Assembly: GCA_951406725.2 (NCBI GenBank)
Contig: OX597823.1
Location: forward strand, 6,386,001 to 6,450,000
Direction: 5' to 3'
DNA from: Octopus vulgaris
Taxonomy: Eukaryota
Length of the DNA stretch: 64,000 nucleotides
Shown here piece after piece: positions 27,126-39,853 of this stretch; the stretch's first letter is position 1, and each line of letters begins with the position of its first letter. A model generated the notes under the pieces. It did no database searches. It worked only from the letters and a program-made list of their open reading frames with translations, and was not told the origin of the DNA. The translations under genes were made by a program, and so were the position numbers.

Positions 27126-27436
27126 TATGTACATATATGTATGTATGTATGCATATGTTTTATTAAGTTATTATATATACATATATAACATTAAATTTAG
27201 GGTAAAAATTGATATTTATCAATTAGAACCAGTGGTCTAGCATATTAAAGAAAGAATCCGAAGATTAAAATATTTATATATACCAATTAAGGACTGAACA
27301 CGAAAAAGTGGACAGTCAACATGCTAGATATAGACGTCAAATCGCCATGCTCCACAAAAAGTCTATGTTCTCAGATCAAACTCAACACAAAACCAAAACA
27401 ATAAACAAGTGAAAAATATACGAAATAAATATTTAC

Positions 27437-27502
27437 CCATGTACTAAATTCAGTTTCGGCTGTTATTTTCCGCAAGGAAAAGTGCAGCCATCATCAGCAT
27501 GG
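27437..27502 (-). ncRNA. Type I hammerhead ribozyme motif
   Basis: Minus strand: CCATG-CTGATGA-T-GGCTG..CAGCC-GAAA-CTGAATTTAG-TA-CATGG; stems I and II pair; GUA cleavage triplet. Confidence 0.75.
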
Positions 27503-27625
27503 TCCCATATAAAATGTAATTTGCTGTACTAAATGCCAACACGATACCGAAATATCGCGTGCATGGAGTACGGCCTATTACATTTGAAATATATATTTCA
27601 AATGTCTCTAATTTTGGCGCGAAGA

Positions 27626-27669
<44 letters not shown>

Positions 27670-27947
27670 CGACGGGCTTCTTTCAGTTTCCGTCTACCAA
27701 ATCTACTCACAAGGCTTTGGTCGGCCCGAGGCTATAGTAGAGACACTTGCCCAAGGTGCCACGCAGAGGGACTGAACCCGGAACCATATGGTTCGCAAAC
27801 AAGCTACTTATCACACAGCCACTCCTACGCTATCATCACTATTCTCTACTTTCTATTTCTTCCGCCAAGTATTCGTTTAACCATAATATTTTATATTATA
27901 CAACTCTTCTATTCTTTCTCCTATCAACAAACATTTTTATTTTACAG

Positions 27948-28019
27948 ATATTTGGACAATAATGATATCGAAAATATTGATGTAAGGGTCTTCCAAGACC
28001 TGACCAGTTTGGAGAAACT
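27948..28019 (+). CDS. 72-nt LRR exon, class C: YLDNNDIENIDVRVFQDLTSLEKL
   Basis: ttacag|...CT|gtaagt. Confidence 0.9.
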
Positions 28020-28307
28020 GTAAGTTGGCTTTTGTTGATAATCTTTCATTCAAAATGTGCCACTAAATTTTTAAAATCATTCCATTCTTTCTCACATCAC
28101 GTCCTTGTCCCCCTCCCTACATTCACACTCTTTTTCGATACTAATGTCCGATTGTTTGTGAGTGTCTGTAGATACTGTGTGGAACTGAAAATATGCTGCC
28201 ATGTATAACATTTTGAGTTCCAATCAAACCTGATAGTTCTCCTAATCCACTCCAGCTCTTCTTTAACTACTACTACTACTATTACAACAACAACAACAAC
28301 TACAACA

Positions 28308-28400
<93 letters not shown>

Positions 28401-28404
<4 letters not shown>

Positions 28405-28767
28405 TGGAACCTGCAGACTAAAACAATACCTGTTGTCATAGGTGCCCTGGGAATGATAGCAAAAGGGGCTGATTGCTACCTAACTCAGATACCAGAAAAC
28501 CCAAAAATGGCAGAAATTCAAAAGATAGTGCTCATGGGAACTGCCCATATCCTATGCAAAATACTTTCTATGTAATCTCAAGTTTTAAAACAAACATAAT
28601 TTTCTTATGGTTTCTTAAACATTCTCTAGAACAACACTATGTACAAAACCAAATATATGGCACCCTAGGCATAACACCAAATTGAACTTCCAACTTGCTG
28701 TCTCTTGAGGTCTTTGGGTGAGACTTGGAGTCAAATTGTACAAATGTAAAGAAAAAGTCAAACATAA

Positions 28768-28768
<1 letters not shown>
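28401..28768 (+). mobile_element. 3' end of a Dong/R4-like LINE within (AAT)n
   Basis: Reverse-complement match to ~445-810; (AAT)n on both sides. Confidence 0.85.
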
Positions 28769-28835
<67 letters not shown>

Positions 28836-28837
<2 letters not shown>

Positions 28838-28969
28838 TATTTTAAAAAAGGATTGACGTAACTCTTCACAAAGGTAAACAGTCAAGACGAAGAATGCGAT
28901 TCGATTGTAAGATATTTTATTGACTGTTTACCTTTGTGAAGAGTTACGTCAATCCTTTTTTAAAATATA
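28836..28969. repeat. Inverted repeat with ~50-nt near-perfect arms
   Basis: TTTTAAAAAAGGATTGACGTAACTCTTCACAAAGGTAAACAGTCAA and its reverse complement. Confidence 0.9.
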
Positions 28970-29217
28970 TAAAAATCAAGTAGTTTGAGATGATTTATTC
29001 TATGGTACACTGAATAAGAATTGGAACAGAGAGAAATTCTGGAAGTCACCAAAGCAGCCGGGTGTCTAAGGAAAATCGTAATGTAAATTACAGCTTTTGC
29101 GTTTTATTCCTTCTCACGGTTGGCTTGTCGACTTCTTATTTTGAACTTGACAAAGACAGACATACTGTTGAAATATCGCTCAATAAAATAACTTATAATC
29201 GAATCGCACACTTCGTC

Positions 29218-29289
<72 letters not shown>

Positions 29290-29290
<1 letters not shown>

Positions 29291-30598
29291 CAAAAATGGA
29301 CTTGAGAGGGGTCATGAATTCTGAACAAGAACAGCCAACGAGGGAGAAGAAACCTTACTCCGCTTGGAATTACATGGTCAGTTCCATCGTGAAACAAACA
29401 AATTAAAAGACCAGGAAGCATTATGTAGGTAGCTCAACAAGTGTGACCTACAAAGGAAGACTGAAAGCCTAATCATCGCGGCCCAGCACCAGGCATTGAA
29501 TACCAAATCAGTGAAAAAGAATATACAGCACACAAGTGCATCGGACCCCTGCAGAATGTGTGGGAAGGGGGTCGAAGGTGTGCTTGTGAAAGTTTTCCAC
29601 AGAAAGCGTAGACGCGACAAAGTAGCCCAAAGCCCTCCACTGGCTACTATGCCGTAAGTATGGATATTGTGGTTACGGGTGTTTGGTAACAATGTACACA
29701 GGAAATGGTAATGGGCGAAAAGGAGAAGGCAAAAATCCTCCGGGACTTTGATTTCCAGACAGAAAAGTTTATAACACCGAAGGCTGGATATAGTAACCAT
29801 TAGGATTGACAAACAAGAGTGTTTAATAATCGACATAGCAGCGCCAGGAGATTAACATATACTCTTTTACTCTTTTACTTGTTTCAATCATTTGACTGCG
29901 GCCATGCTGGAGCACCGCCTCTAATCGAGCAACTCGACCCCGGACTTATTCTTTTGTAAGCCCAGTACTTATCCTATCGGTCTCTTTTGCCGAACCGCTA
30001 AGTAACGGGAACATAAACACACCAGCATCGGTTGTCAAGCAATGCTAAGGGGGGACAAATACAGACACACAAACACACACACGCATATATATACACATAT
30101 ATACGACGGGCTTCTTTTCAGTTTCCGTCTACCAAATCCACTCACAAGGCTATGGTCGGCCCGAGGCTACAGCAGAAGACACTTGCCCAAGGTGCCACGC
30201 AGTGGGACTGAACCCGAAACCATGTGGTTGGTAAACAAGCTACTTACCACACAGCCACTCCTGCATCTATGCATCATGAAAGAAAGAGAAAAGGTTGATA
30301 AATATGGAGACCTGACAAATGAAATCGCTAAAATATGGTAGCTACGAGAGTTGAACATAAAGGTTATCCCTATTGTCATCGGGGCATTGGGTTCAGTACC
30401 ACCCGATCTGAAAACTTTAGAGATACCCTACAATCTAGATGTATTGCAAATGTCGGCATTACTTTGAACTGCAGCCATATTGCGTAATGTTCTGTCTGTC
30501 TGAGGTCCTTGTTGTGACTTGACAAACAGTAGAAACACCCGGTAGACACAATATCTTCAATCAACAGCCCTACGATATTTTACACTGTGTGACGTCTA
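29290..30598 (+). mobile_element. Diverged Dong/R4-like 3' fragment interrupted by SINE B (29861-30265, minus)
   Basis: TESLIIAAQ, CRMCG, LIIDIA, KYGDL and IPIVIGALG motifs; preceded by (AAT)n. Confidence 0.75.
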
Positions 30599-30663
30599 TA
30601 CTACTACTACTACTACTACCTCTACTACTACTACTACTACTACTAGTTCTACTGCTGCTGCTG

Positions 30664-30696
<33 letters not shown>

Positions 30697-31364
30697 ATAA
30701 TAATAATAATAATAATAATAACATGCCTTTGACGTTATACACACTTCTCTCTCTTCGTTGTCATCATCATGTATAAACAAGGTGAGTTTGTTTTCATTTT
30801 TACTTTTTGAGCGTTTTTCTCTAATGCAAGTTGTTTTTCTTTTAATTTTTTTTTTCATCTTTTTTCTTCATCTTCTTCTTGTATTTCTTCTCCTCCGTTT
30901 TGCTCTCCTTCCGCTTTTTCTTCTTCGACTCCCTTTTCTTCATGTTTTTCCTGTGCCTTTCAATTTCTTCTTTCCATAATTCCTTCATATTTTCTTCTTT
31001 CTCTTTCATTCGCTACATTCTCTCTTCTTCTAAACATTTAATATAAGTCACCACCATATCTGCCGTAATAATTATCGACGTCTTCATCCATTTCCTCATC
31101 ACCGTCATCATTCTCATTTCCTCTGTCGTCGTTCTCAATCATAAACGTCATCAAGTTTCGCAACGTCGCCTACATTAACATTCATAACCACAAAATACCG
31201 CCCACGGATGCGGAACCTTCAACACTATCATCATGGTCACCAGCAGTTACATCCCCACCAACATCATCATAATCATTATCATATTCAGTATCAGCAGAGA
31301 CATGCTAACCCTTGTCATTATCAAAATAATCAACATTCACATCACCCTCATCATTAGCATTATA

Positions 31365-32332
31365 ACAAGGTTCAGTGCTTGGGCCCTTATTGTTCTTAGT
31401 CTTCATCAATGACTTGCCTGACGACCTCACGCAACACACCCTTCTATTAACCGACGATGTCAAACTGGTCGCTCCTTGCGGTGATATAGAGGATCTTCGT
31501 CGATGCCTCCACCAAGTTTGGAGATGGTCTAACGATTGGGACCTGTGTCTGAACGTGTCAAAGTGCTGTCATCTGCCTGTTGGCTCTCCTCCTGCAACTC
31601 AACTTGATTTCAAGCCGGGTCGTCTGCTGCTGGAGAGGACCGACCAGGTAAAGGACCTGGGTATCTTGGTGGATTCCTCCTTTTCGCCTTCGGCTCAGTG
31701 CGTCCATGCTGCCAACAAAGCACGCGGAGTTCTGTTCTTGATTCGACGGTCATTCGGAATGCTCACAGCAGCCATATTCCTACCGCTCTATGTCACGCTG
31801 GTGAGACCCATATTGGAGTACGGGATTCAAGCCTCTTCTCCTTATCTCTTCAAAGACATACATCATCTTCGAAAGAGTCCAGAAGCTGGCTACCCGTATG
31901 GTTCTTGGTCTCAAGAATTTGTCTTATGAAGAAAGGCCGAAGACGCTCGACCTTTCTTCTCTAGGAAAACGACGACGCCGTGGTGATCTCATTCTTGCTC
32001 ACAACATCATAAGCGGAAAGTGTAACCTCTCGAAAGAGCTGTTCTTCACTCTTGCTCCAGGGTGTCGGCTGCGGGGTCACTCCGAAAAGCTCTATCTACG
32101 ATGATTTCATCTCAATCGAAGGAGAGGGGGCTTTCTCCTTCCGGGTTGCGGATCAGTGGAATAAACTGCCGGACGAGATGGTGAAGATGCCGACGACCGC
32201 TCGGTTCAAAGACTCCCTTGACCACAAGTGGCCTGAACTCCTTACATGAACACCACCCTGTACATAACTCCATGTCCCCCTACATGGCCTTGCTTTTTGC
32301 TTTTTGGGCCAAAAATTAATTAACTAACTAAC
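31365..32332 (+). mobile_element. CR1-like LINE 3' fragment (RT C-terminus and tail)
   Basis: QGSVLGPLLF..INDL, DDVKL, KDLGI, LVRPILEY, SYEER, RGDLI and WNKLP motifs; (TAAC)n tail. Confidence 0.85.
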
Positions 32333-32604
32333 ATCTTTTTTCATTTACGCTACCACCATATAGTTTTGTCCAATGACCCCTCCTCATATTCATTACTACC
32401 AAAACCACAATGTCCGTTACCAAGTCTACCACAACCGTTATCCTCTTCCTCCTTTCCTCCCTCCTCTTATTCATCATCATCATCAACACCATCATCGTTG
32501 CCATCATCTTCATAGAAATATTCATCATCGTGATCTACTTTCCATCCCTTTCAACCGCAAATATGTTCTATACAATTTACCATTTCCTCAATTTCATGTT
32601 TCAG

Positions 32605-32676
32605 ATTTATGAGATATAATAACTTAAACGAAATCAAAGTCGGCATCTTCCAGAATCTGTCCGTTTTATCAACTCT
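32605..32676 (+). CDS. 72-nt LRR exon, class A: FMRYNNLNEIKVGIFQNLSVLSTL
   Basis: tttcag|...CT|gtaagt. Confidence 0.88.
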
Positions 32677-32720
32677 GTAAGTTGAATCAGTTTTTATTTT
32701 AATATTTCATTGACAAAATG

Positions 32721-33110
32721 CGGTGAGCTGGCAGAAAATTAAGCACGTCGGGCGAAATGCTTAGCAGCATTACGTCTGTCACTACGTTCTGGGGTTCAAA
32801 TTCCGCCTAGGCCGACTTTGCCTTCATCCTTTCGGGGTCGATTAATAAAAGTACCAGTTACGCACTGGGGTCGATATAATCGACTTAGCCCGTTTGTCTG
32901 TCCTTGTTTGTCCCTTCTGGTTTGGTCCCTTGTGGATAGTAAAGAAATAAGTATTACAGCTGTATTCTGAGTTCAAATTCCGCCGTCGTCGACTTTGCCT
33001 TTCATCTTTCTGGGGCCAATAAATTAAGTACCAGTTGCGTACTGGGGTCGATCTAATTCACTGGTGCTCTCCCAAAAATTTTGGGCCTTGAGACTAGAGT
33101 AGAAAAGAAT
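32721..33110 (+). mobile_element. SINE family A plus a partial second unit
   Basis: Match to family A. Confidence 0.8.
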
Positions 33111-33434
33111 ATTTCATTGAAGATATCTTTCTAAATTTGTAATATCCTCCCATCTTTCATTTTAAACTGCCTCACCCGTCTCTCCAAACAAGAGTTTTAC
33201 TGTTTGTAAATCTGTGTGAGTGAGTGTGTGCCCATTTCTATGACATGGCAAATATGAGAGTATGATAGTTCAGTGGAACAATTTGGTGCATGCATCTGTA
33301 TACCTCTGATTATCTGACAACCTTTGTCCAAAAGTTATTTTTATTGTTTGTGAATGTGACTGAGGGTCCACTCTTCTGATTCGGAATATGGGTGTGTGAG
33401 AATTAGGAGGAAAAATATGGCAAACTTGTGTATG

Positions 33435-33469
<35 letters not shown>

Positions 33470-33520
33470 GGTGATTTTTTTCCCTCTGTTTTCCCTTCTC
33501 TGGATATTTCCTTCTCCTAT

Positions 33521-33555
33521 GTTTCCGACGAAGAGCTCTGCTCGAAACGTTAGAC
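33521..33555 (+). ncRNA. Minimal hammerhead-like motif with a CCGACGA core variant
   Basis: GTTT-CCGACGA-A-GAGC-TCT-GCTC-GAAACGTT-AGAC, inside a TA-flanked insert (~33470-33660). Confidence 0.5.
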
Positions 33556-34277
33556 CCTCATTTTTCCCTTCCTTCCTGAGCGTCCAATAATACTATATTT
33601 GTTCCACGTCCTCGCGTTGTTGTGTTTTCTCTTTGTGTTTTCATGTTTGGATTAACTTTATATATATATATGTGTGTTTGTCTGCTTGTGCATCGATGTA
33701 TTGTGCATGCCAGGGTACCAAAATATGTGTAATTCGGTCTGTATATCATGCATGGTGTTTCCATTTGCACCACCACTGATTACCATTCTGGACCTTTCTT
33801 TTCTACTATTTCTTCTTCTTCTTCTTCTTCTTCTTCTTCTTCTTCTTCTTCTTCTTCTTCTTCTTCTTCTTCTTCTTCTTCTTCTTCTTCTTCTTCTTCT
33901 CCTCCTCCTCCTTCTTTTTCTTATTTTTCTTCTTCTTCTTCTTCTTCTTCTTCTTCTCCTGCACCTCCCCCTCCTTCTTTTTCTTATTCTTCTCCTCCCC
34001 CTACCCCTCCTCCTTCTTCTTCTTCTTCTTCTTCTTCTTCTTCTTCTTCCTCCTCAAGTAACGTCTCCTCCAACATCATCATAATCATTACCATATTCAG
34101 TATCTGCATCGATATGCTAACTCTCGTCAAGATCAACATAATCAACATTCACATCACCCTCTCATCATTAGCATCATAACATCTTCCTCATCAACACTGC
34201 CACCATATACTCTTGTTCAATGGCTCCTTCTCATATTCATTACTACCAAAACCACAACGTCCACTATCGACACTATT

Positions 34278-34887
34278 ACCTATTTCTTTACTACCCACAA
34301 AGGGCTAAACACAGAAGGGACATACAAGGACAGACAAACGGATTAAGTCGATTACATCGACCCCAGTGCGTAACTGGTACTTATTTAATCAACTCCAAAA
34401 GGATGAAAGGCAAAGTCGACCTCGGCGGAATTCGAACTCAGATCGTAGCGGTAGACGAAATGCCTATTTCTTTACTGCCCACAAGGGGCTAAACACAGAT
34501 GGGACAAGCAAGGACAGACAAACGGATTTAGTCGATCATATCGACCCCAGTGTGTAACTGGTACTTATATTGATTGACCCTGAAATGATGAAAGGCAAAG
34601 TCGACCTCGGCGGAATTCAAACTCAGATCGTAGCGGCAGACGAAATACCTATTTCTTTACTGCCCACAAGGGGCTAAACATAGAGAGGACAAACAAGGAC
34701 AGACAAACGGATTAAGTCGATTATATCGACCACAGTGTGTAACTGGTACTTTTATTAATTGATCCCGAAATCGAAATGATGAAAGGCAAAGTCGACCTCG
34801 GCGGAATTTGAACTCAGAACATAACGGCAGACAAAATACGGCTACAAATTTCGTCCGGCGTGCTAACGGTTCTGCCAGCTCGCCACC
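34278..34887 (-). mobile_element. SINE family A tandem trimer
   Basis: Three head-to-tail ~185-nt units. Confidence 0.85.
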
Positions 34888-35129
34888 TTATTCTATTACC
34901 GACTCTATTACTACAACCTTTAATATCCTTCTTTCCCTCTTCCCCTCCTCCTCCTCCTCATCATCGTCATCATCATTATCATCAACATCATCACTGACTC
35001 CATCATCGTCATAGAATTATTCATCATCGTGATCTACTTTCCATCGCTTTCGTCATCCAATTGTTTAGCAAGACTCCTCTTACAAATATGTTCTATACAA
35101 TTTCTTATTTTCTCAATTTTATGTTCCAG

Positions 35130-35201
35130 ATACTTGAGTTATAATGATATCAAAGAAATCAAAACAGGCACCTTCGAAAATCTGTCCAGTTTAAGATATC
35201 T
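35130..35201 (+). CDS. 72-nt LRR exon, class A: YLSYNDIKEIKTGTFENLSSLRYL
   Basis: ttccag|...CT|gtaagt. Confidence 0.92.
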
Positions 35202-35239
35202 GTAAGTTGAATCAATATTCTTTAATATGTCATTCATGA

Positions 35240-36270
35240 TCTTTATATATATAAAACTGAGAATGTGTGTCTGTCTGTCTGCTTGTCTGTGTGTTTCCCT
35301 AAAACTTGAGAACTACACAACCAATTTCATTCAAAGTTTACACATGCCTTACTTATGGTCCGGGGTGTGTCATCGGCAAAAAAAATGTTCAACTTCTTGT
35401 CTAGAGCGAGCCCATAGCAATATCATATCTTCTCCACTATTTCAGTATTACGTGTTAAAAGTGAAACAAAAACGTTTCTCTATTTTATGTAAAATACTTT
35501 CACTTTAACAATAAAAACAATAATAAAAATTGAATTATATGTAGTAAATAATAATTTAAATCAAACTAAAGTAATATAACAAAAGTAAAAATAGCAAGTG
35601 GTATAAAATTGCATCAATGATTTGAACTTGAATATGTGGTTTCACATGAATGGGAATAAATTAAAAATAAAATTAGCGTGCAGAAATGGAATAGTCCAGA
35701 TGGATAATAAAAAATTAAATTAAAGAAAAGACTATCGTCTATAAAGTGTACAATGTAGAGAAAAAAGAAGATTTGAACACATGGAGGAAAGCACCTTCGA
35801 AAAGTGTCTTGGTGCGACTATGAAAGATATCTAATCAGAGGCGGTAAATTCACCACAATAGAAGCAAGATTCGAGTCAACGGAGCGTGCAAGGGAGTACT
35901 CGACTCGAACATGCAAAGTGGAAATATTTTATTTCTACCTTTATATCTGGGACGTAGGACGTCCCGGAAAAAAATTTTAAATGCCCCCCCCCACACCCGA
36001 AGTAGAGGTAGGCTGGATTGTAGCCGCACTTCTATACAAGAGGGAGGACAAAATCCAATTGATCGAAATTACAAGAGACGGGCTAACAATTCCAGTCTGT
36101 TATATATTTTGAGTATTGTTATCACTAGCGATATCAAGATATAATTTTGCATTTTGTATTTTATGTGTAGATGTATATATATAGATGTACATCTAACATG
36201 TACACATATATATACACATATATACATGCACTAGCACTATGACCCGGCAACGACGGGTCTTTAATGCTAG
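35240..36270 (+). mobile_element. Non-autonomous Helitron
   Basis: A|TC start; GACCCGGCAACGACGGGTC hairpin and CTAG|T end; interrupts the conserved post-exon cassette sequence. Confidence 0.7.
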
Positions 36271-36575
36271 TATACTTCTAAAGCTATCATCTTGCCAACT
36301 TTCATTTTAAGCTTTCTCACCCGTCTCTCCGAAGATATGTTTTATTGTCTGCAAATCTGTATGAGTGAGTGTGTGTCCATTTCTATGACATGGCATATAT
36401 GAGAACGGTATAGTTCAAGGCATCCATTTGCTGCATGCATGTGTATGTCTTTGTGTATGTGTAAAATATTTGTCCAAAAGTTGTTTTATTGTTTGTGAAT
36501 GAGAGTGAGGGTACAACCTTCAGATTCGGAAGATGAGTGCGTGAGTATTAGGAGGGGAAATATGGCAAACTTGTT

Positions 36576-36609
<34 letters not shown>

Positions 36610-36686
36610 CGTTTAAATATTTGTTGTGCAAGATTTTTATTGGCTAAACTGGCAATATGACCATTCCGAAATATAACAATATATAT

Positions 36687-36766
<80 letters not shown>

Positions 36767-36767
36767 C

Positions 36768-36879
<112 letters not shown>

Positions 36880-37047
36880 CATAAGGGACTAAAGCCATCT
36901 GAATATGGCTAGGGACAGGGCAGGGTGGTGGGGGTGTTACTGTTGCATTTAGCCCCAGGCGAACATCGACGTCACCAGAAAGGCTCGACACCGTCACGGT
37001 GCCCTTAACCTGCAAAGGGAGGTAATTCCCCGATGAAGCGGAAACCA

Positions 37048-37093
37048 CACACGGACCATGGTTTCAAGGTGTATTGCCTATCGTCGGCGTGTG
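37048..37093 (-). ncRNA. Type I hammerhead motif (retrozyme-like unit, inverted copy)
   Basis: Reverse complement of 37589-37634. Confidence 0.7.
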
Positions 37094-37588
37094 GTAGGCT
37101 TCCGCTTCCTCGACGAATTCTCACTCTGCAGGATATTCATATATAGATTTTCAAGCAAAATACATTTGCTGATTTCGAAAATCTGTTCGAAAGCAATAAT
37201 AATTCTCTAAAAGAGATATAGACAGTAACTGCTCGATAACATAAGGGACTAAAGCCATCTGAATATGGCTAGGGACAGGGCAGGGTGGTGGGGGTGTTAC
37301 CTCCCTTTGCAGGTTAAGGGCACCGTGACGGTGTCGAGCCTTTCTGGTGACGTCGATGTTCGCCTGGGGCTAAATGCAACAGTAACACCCCCACCACCCT
37401 GCCCTGTCCCTAGCCATATTCAGATGGCTTTAGTCCCTTATGTTATCGAGCAGTTACTGTCTATATCTCTTTTAGAGAATTATTATTGCTTTCGAACAGA
37501 TTTTCGAAATCAGCAAATGTATTTTGCTTGAAAATCTATATATGAATATCCTGCAGAGTGAGAATTCGTCGAGGAAGCGGAAGCCTAC

Positions 37589-37634
37589 CACACGCCGACG
37601 ATAGGCAATACACCTTGAAACCATGGTCCGTGTG
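37589..37634 (+). ncRNA. Type I hammerhead motif (retrozyme-like unit)
   Basis: CACACG-CCGACGA-TAGGCAATACACCTT-GAAA-CCATGG-TC-CGTGTG; stem I extends via GAAGCGGAA/TTCCGCTTC. Confidence 0.7.
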
Positions 37635-37950
37635 TGGGTTTCCGCTTCATCGGGGAATTACCTCCCTTTGCAGGTTAAGGGCACCGTGACGGTGTCGAGC
37701 CTTTCTGGTGACGTCGATGTTCGCCTGGGGCTAAATGCAACAGTAACACCCCCACCACCCCTGCCCTGTCCCTAGCCATATTCAGATGGCTTTAGTCCCT
37801 TATGTTATCGAGCAGTTACTGTCTATATCTCTTTTAGAGAATTATTATTGCTTTCGAACAGATTTTCGAAATCAGCAAATGTATTTTGCTTGAAAATCTA
37901 TATATGAATATCCTGCAGAGTGAGAATTCGTCGAGGAAGCGGAAGCCTAC

Positions 37951-37996
37951 CACACGCCGACGATAGGCAATACACCTTGAAACCATGGTCCGTGTG
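37951..37996 (+). ncRNA. Type I hammerhead motif (retrozyme-like unit)
   Basis: Identical to 37589-37634, 362 nt downstream. Confidence 0.7.
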
Positions 37997-38351
37997 TGGG
38001 TTTCCGCTTCATCGGGGAATTACCTCCCTTTGCAGGTTAAGGGCACCGTGACGGTGTCGAGCCTTTCTGGTGACGTCGATGTTCGCCTGGGGCTAAATGC
38101 AACAGTAACACCCCCACCACCCTGCCCTGTCCCTAGCCATATTCAGATGGCTTTAGTCCCTTATGTTATCGAGCAGTTACTGTCTATATCTCTTTTAGAG
38201 AATTATTATTGCTATATATATATATATATATATATATATGTTTCAGTGTTTGTGTGTGGATGTGTGGTGCATGCGAGTATATCAGAATGTAACTCGGTCT
38301 ATATATGGTGTACGCTGTTTCCATCTCCATCACGACTGATTACCATTCTAG

Positions 38352-38667
38352 TGTGGAGGCACATGGCCTAGTGGCTAGAGCAGCGGAATCGCCGTCGAAG
38401 GATCGCGGGTTCGAATCTCAGACTGAACGATGTGTCTGTTTATGAGCGAAACACCTAAGCTCCACGCGGCTCCGGCAGGAGGTAATGGCGAAACTTCTGC
38501 TGACACTTTCGCCACAACTTTCTCTCACTCTTTCCTCCTGCATCCTGCAGCTCACCTGCGATGGACCGGCGTCTCGTCCGGGTGGGGAACCTATACGCCA
38601 AGGAAACCGGGAAACCGGCCCTTATGAGCCAGGCATGGCTCGAGAAGAAACAAACAAAACAAAAAAC
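38352..38667 (+). mobile_element. tRNA-derived SINE, third family, with a 13-bp TSD
   Basis: TGGCCTAGTGG A-box, GGTTCGAATC B-box, (AAAC)n tail; TSD ATTACCATTCTAG at 38339-38351 and 38668-38680. Confidence 0.85.
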
Positions 38668-38739
38668 ATTACCATTCTAGACCTTTCTCCTATTACTACT
38701 TCTGTTTCTTCTTGTTCTTTTCTTTTTTCTTCTTCTTCA

Positions 38740-39673
38740 ATGAATGACTTGGGATTACGCGTTTGTTGACGTGGGGAAAAACGTCTTAGGCAAACGCCGG
38801 GCCGAAACTACAAGAAATTAGTGGAAAAGCTGTTAAAATGTCTACAGTACATAGGCTCTAATATGTGTATTAAGGTCCATTTCTTACATAGTCATTTAGG
38901 TACATTTGCGGATAATTGCGGTGATGTGAGTGATGTGCAGGGAGAACAATTCCATCAGGATATCAGAACAATGGAACGCTAGCAGGGACGGTGGGACAAA
39001 CGAATGATGGTTGACTTAAATAACATTGAACATGACAGTCAAGGAAGAAAAAATTTTTACCATAGTTCTTATGATCATAAAGGTTAAATTTCTGGTGTTA
39101 GTTTATTTAATTTTGTCAGTGGACAGGTCGCGGTCTCAAAGCGACGAAAATATTTTGACAAATTAAATTAAAATTTTGAAGTGAATCTAACGGTTTTTGT
39201 GTTTCTTAAATGGCTTATAAACACATTCCACACTGTAATTGTTTTCCAGCACACGATCTCAGATCAGGTCACTTGCCATGCAAGTAAATCTCCGTTTATT
39301 TAATTATTTGATGAAAATACTTGTTGGCCTTGGTGTATTTAATCAGGTTATGTTTAAAGACTTAGGATCTGATTGTTATTGCAAAAATAGTATTTCTCAA
39401 TAAGCAGACCAATATTTGTTGGTTTAAATACGAATTGAGAGGTTTCTACGATATTACTTTGAGAAATATTGCTATCTATCAATACCAAATATACAGAAAA
39501 CAAAATGAGAAAAATGCTTTTTTCCCCCAGAAATGAGGCATTTCTGTACAGCAAAAACGGTAACTAACGAAGAAAAACTAAGGTCATTTTCAGATTCAGC
39601 GCCCTCAAATTAGCCACAAAAAAAAGATGTTTGGTGTCTCGACACCATTTCAAAAGTTTTTTGTTGATCCGTG
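38740..39673 (+). mobile_element. Decayed DNA transposon 3' part, Chapaev3-like
   Basis: KVHFLHSHLG..DVSDVQGEQFHQDIRTMER*QGRW motif; ends TTTTTGTTGATCCGTG. Confidence 0.6.
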
Positions 39674-39781
39674 ATATTCATCATCGGGATCTACTTTCCA
39701 TTCCTTCCGTCATTGTTTAGCAAAATCTCAGCCACAAATATGCTCTATTTAATTTTTTATTGTCTCAATTTTATGTTCCAG

Positions 39782-39853
39782 ATACTTGAGTTATAACGAT
39801 ATCAAAGAAATCAAAACAGGCACCTTTGGAAATCTGTCCCGTTTAGAATATAT
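39782..39853 (+). CDS. 72-nt LRR exon, class A: YLSYNDIKEIKTGTFGNLSRLEY(I/M)
   Basis: ttccag|...AT|gtaagt; 65 of 72 nt identical to the exon at 35130. Confidence 0.9.

Larger units (their letters stand above)
26078..27828 (-). mobile_element. SINE family B split by nested insertions (tail 26078-26260, head 27668-27828)
   Basis: Both halves match family B; a Helitron, a SINE A and an HHR fragment lie inside its microsatellite. Confidence 0.7.

Noticed and set aside
38355-38425. tRNA gene
   Set aside because: A and B boxes are present, but it continues into a SINE body with tail and TSD, and no clean cloverleaf is evident.
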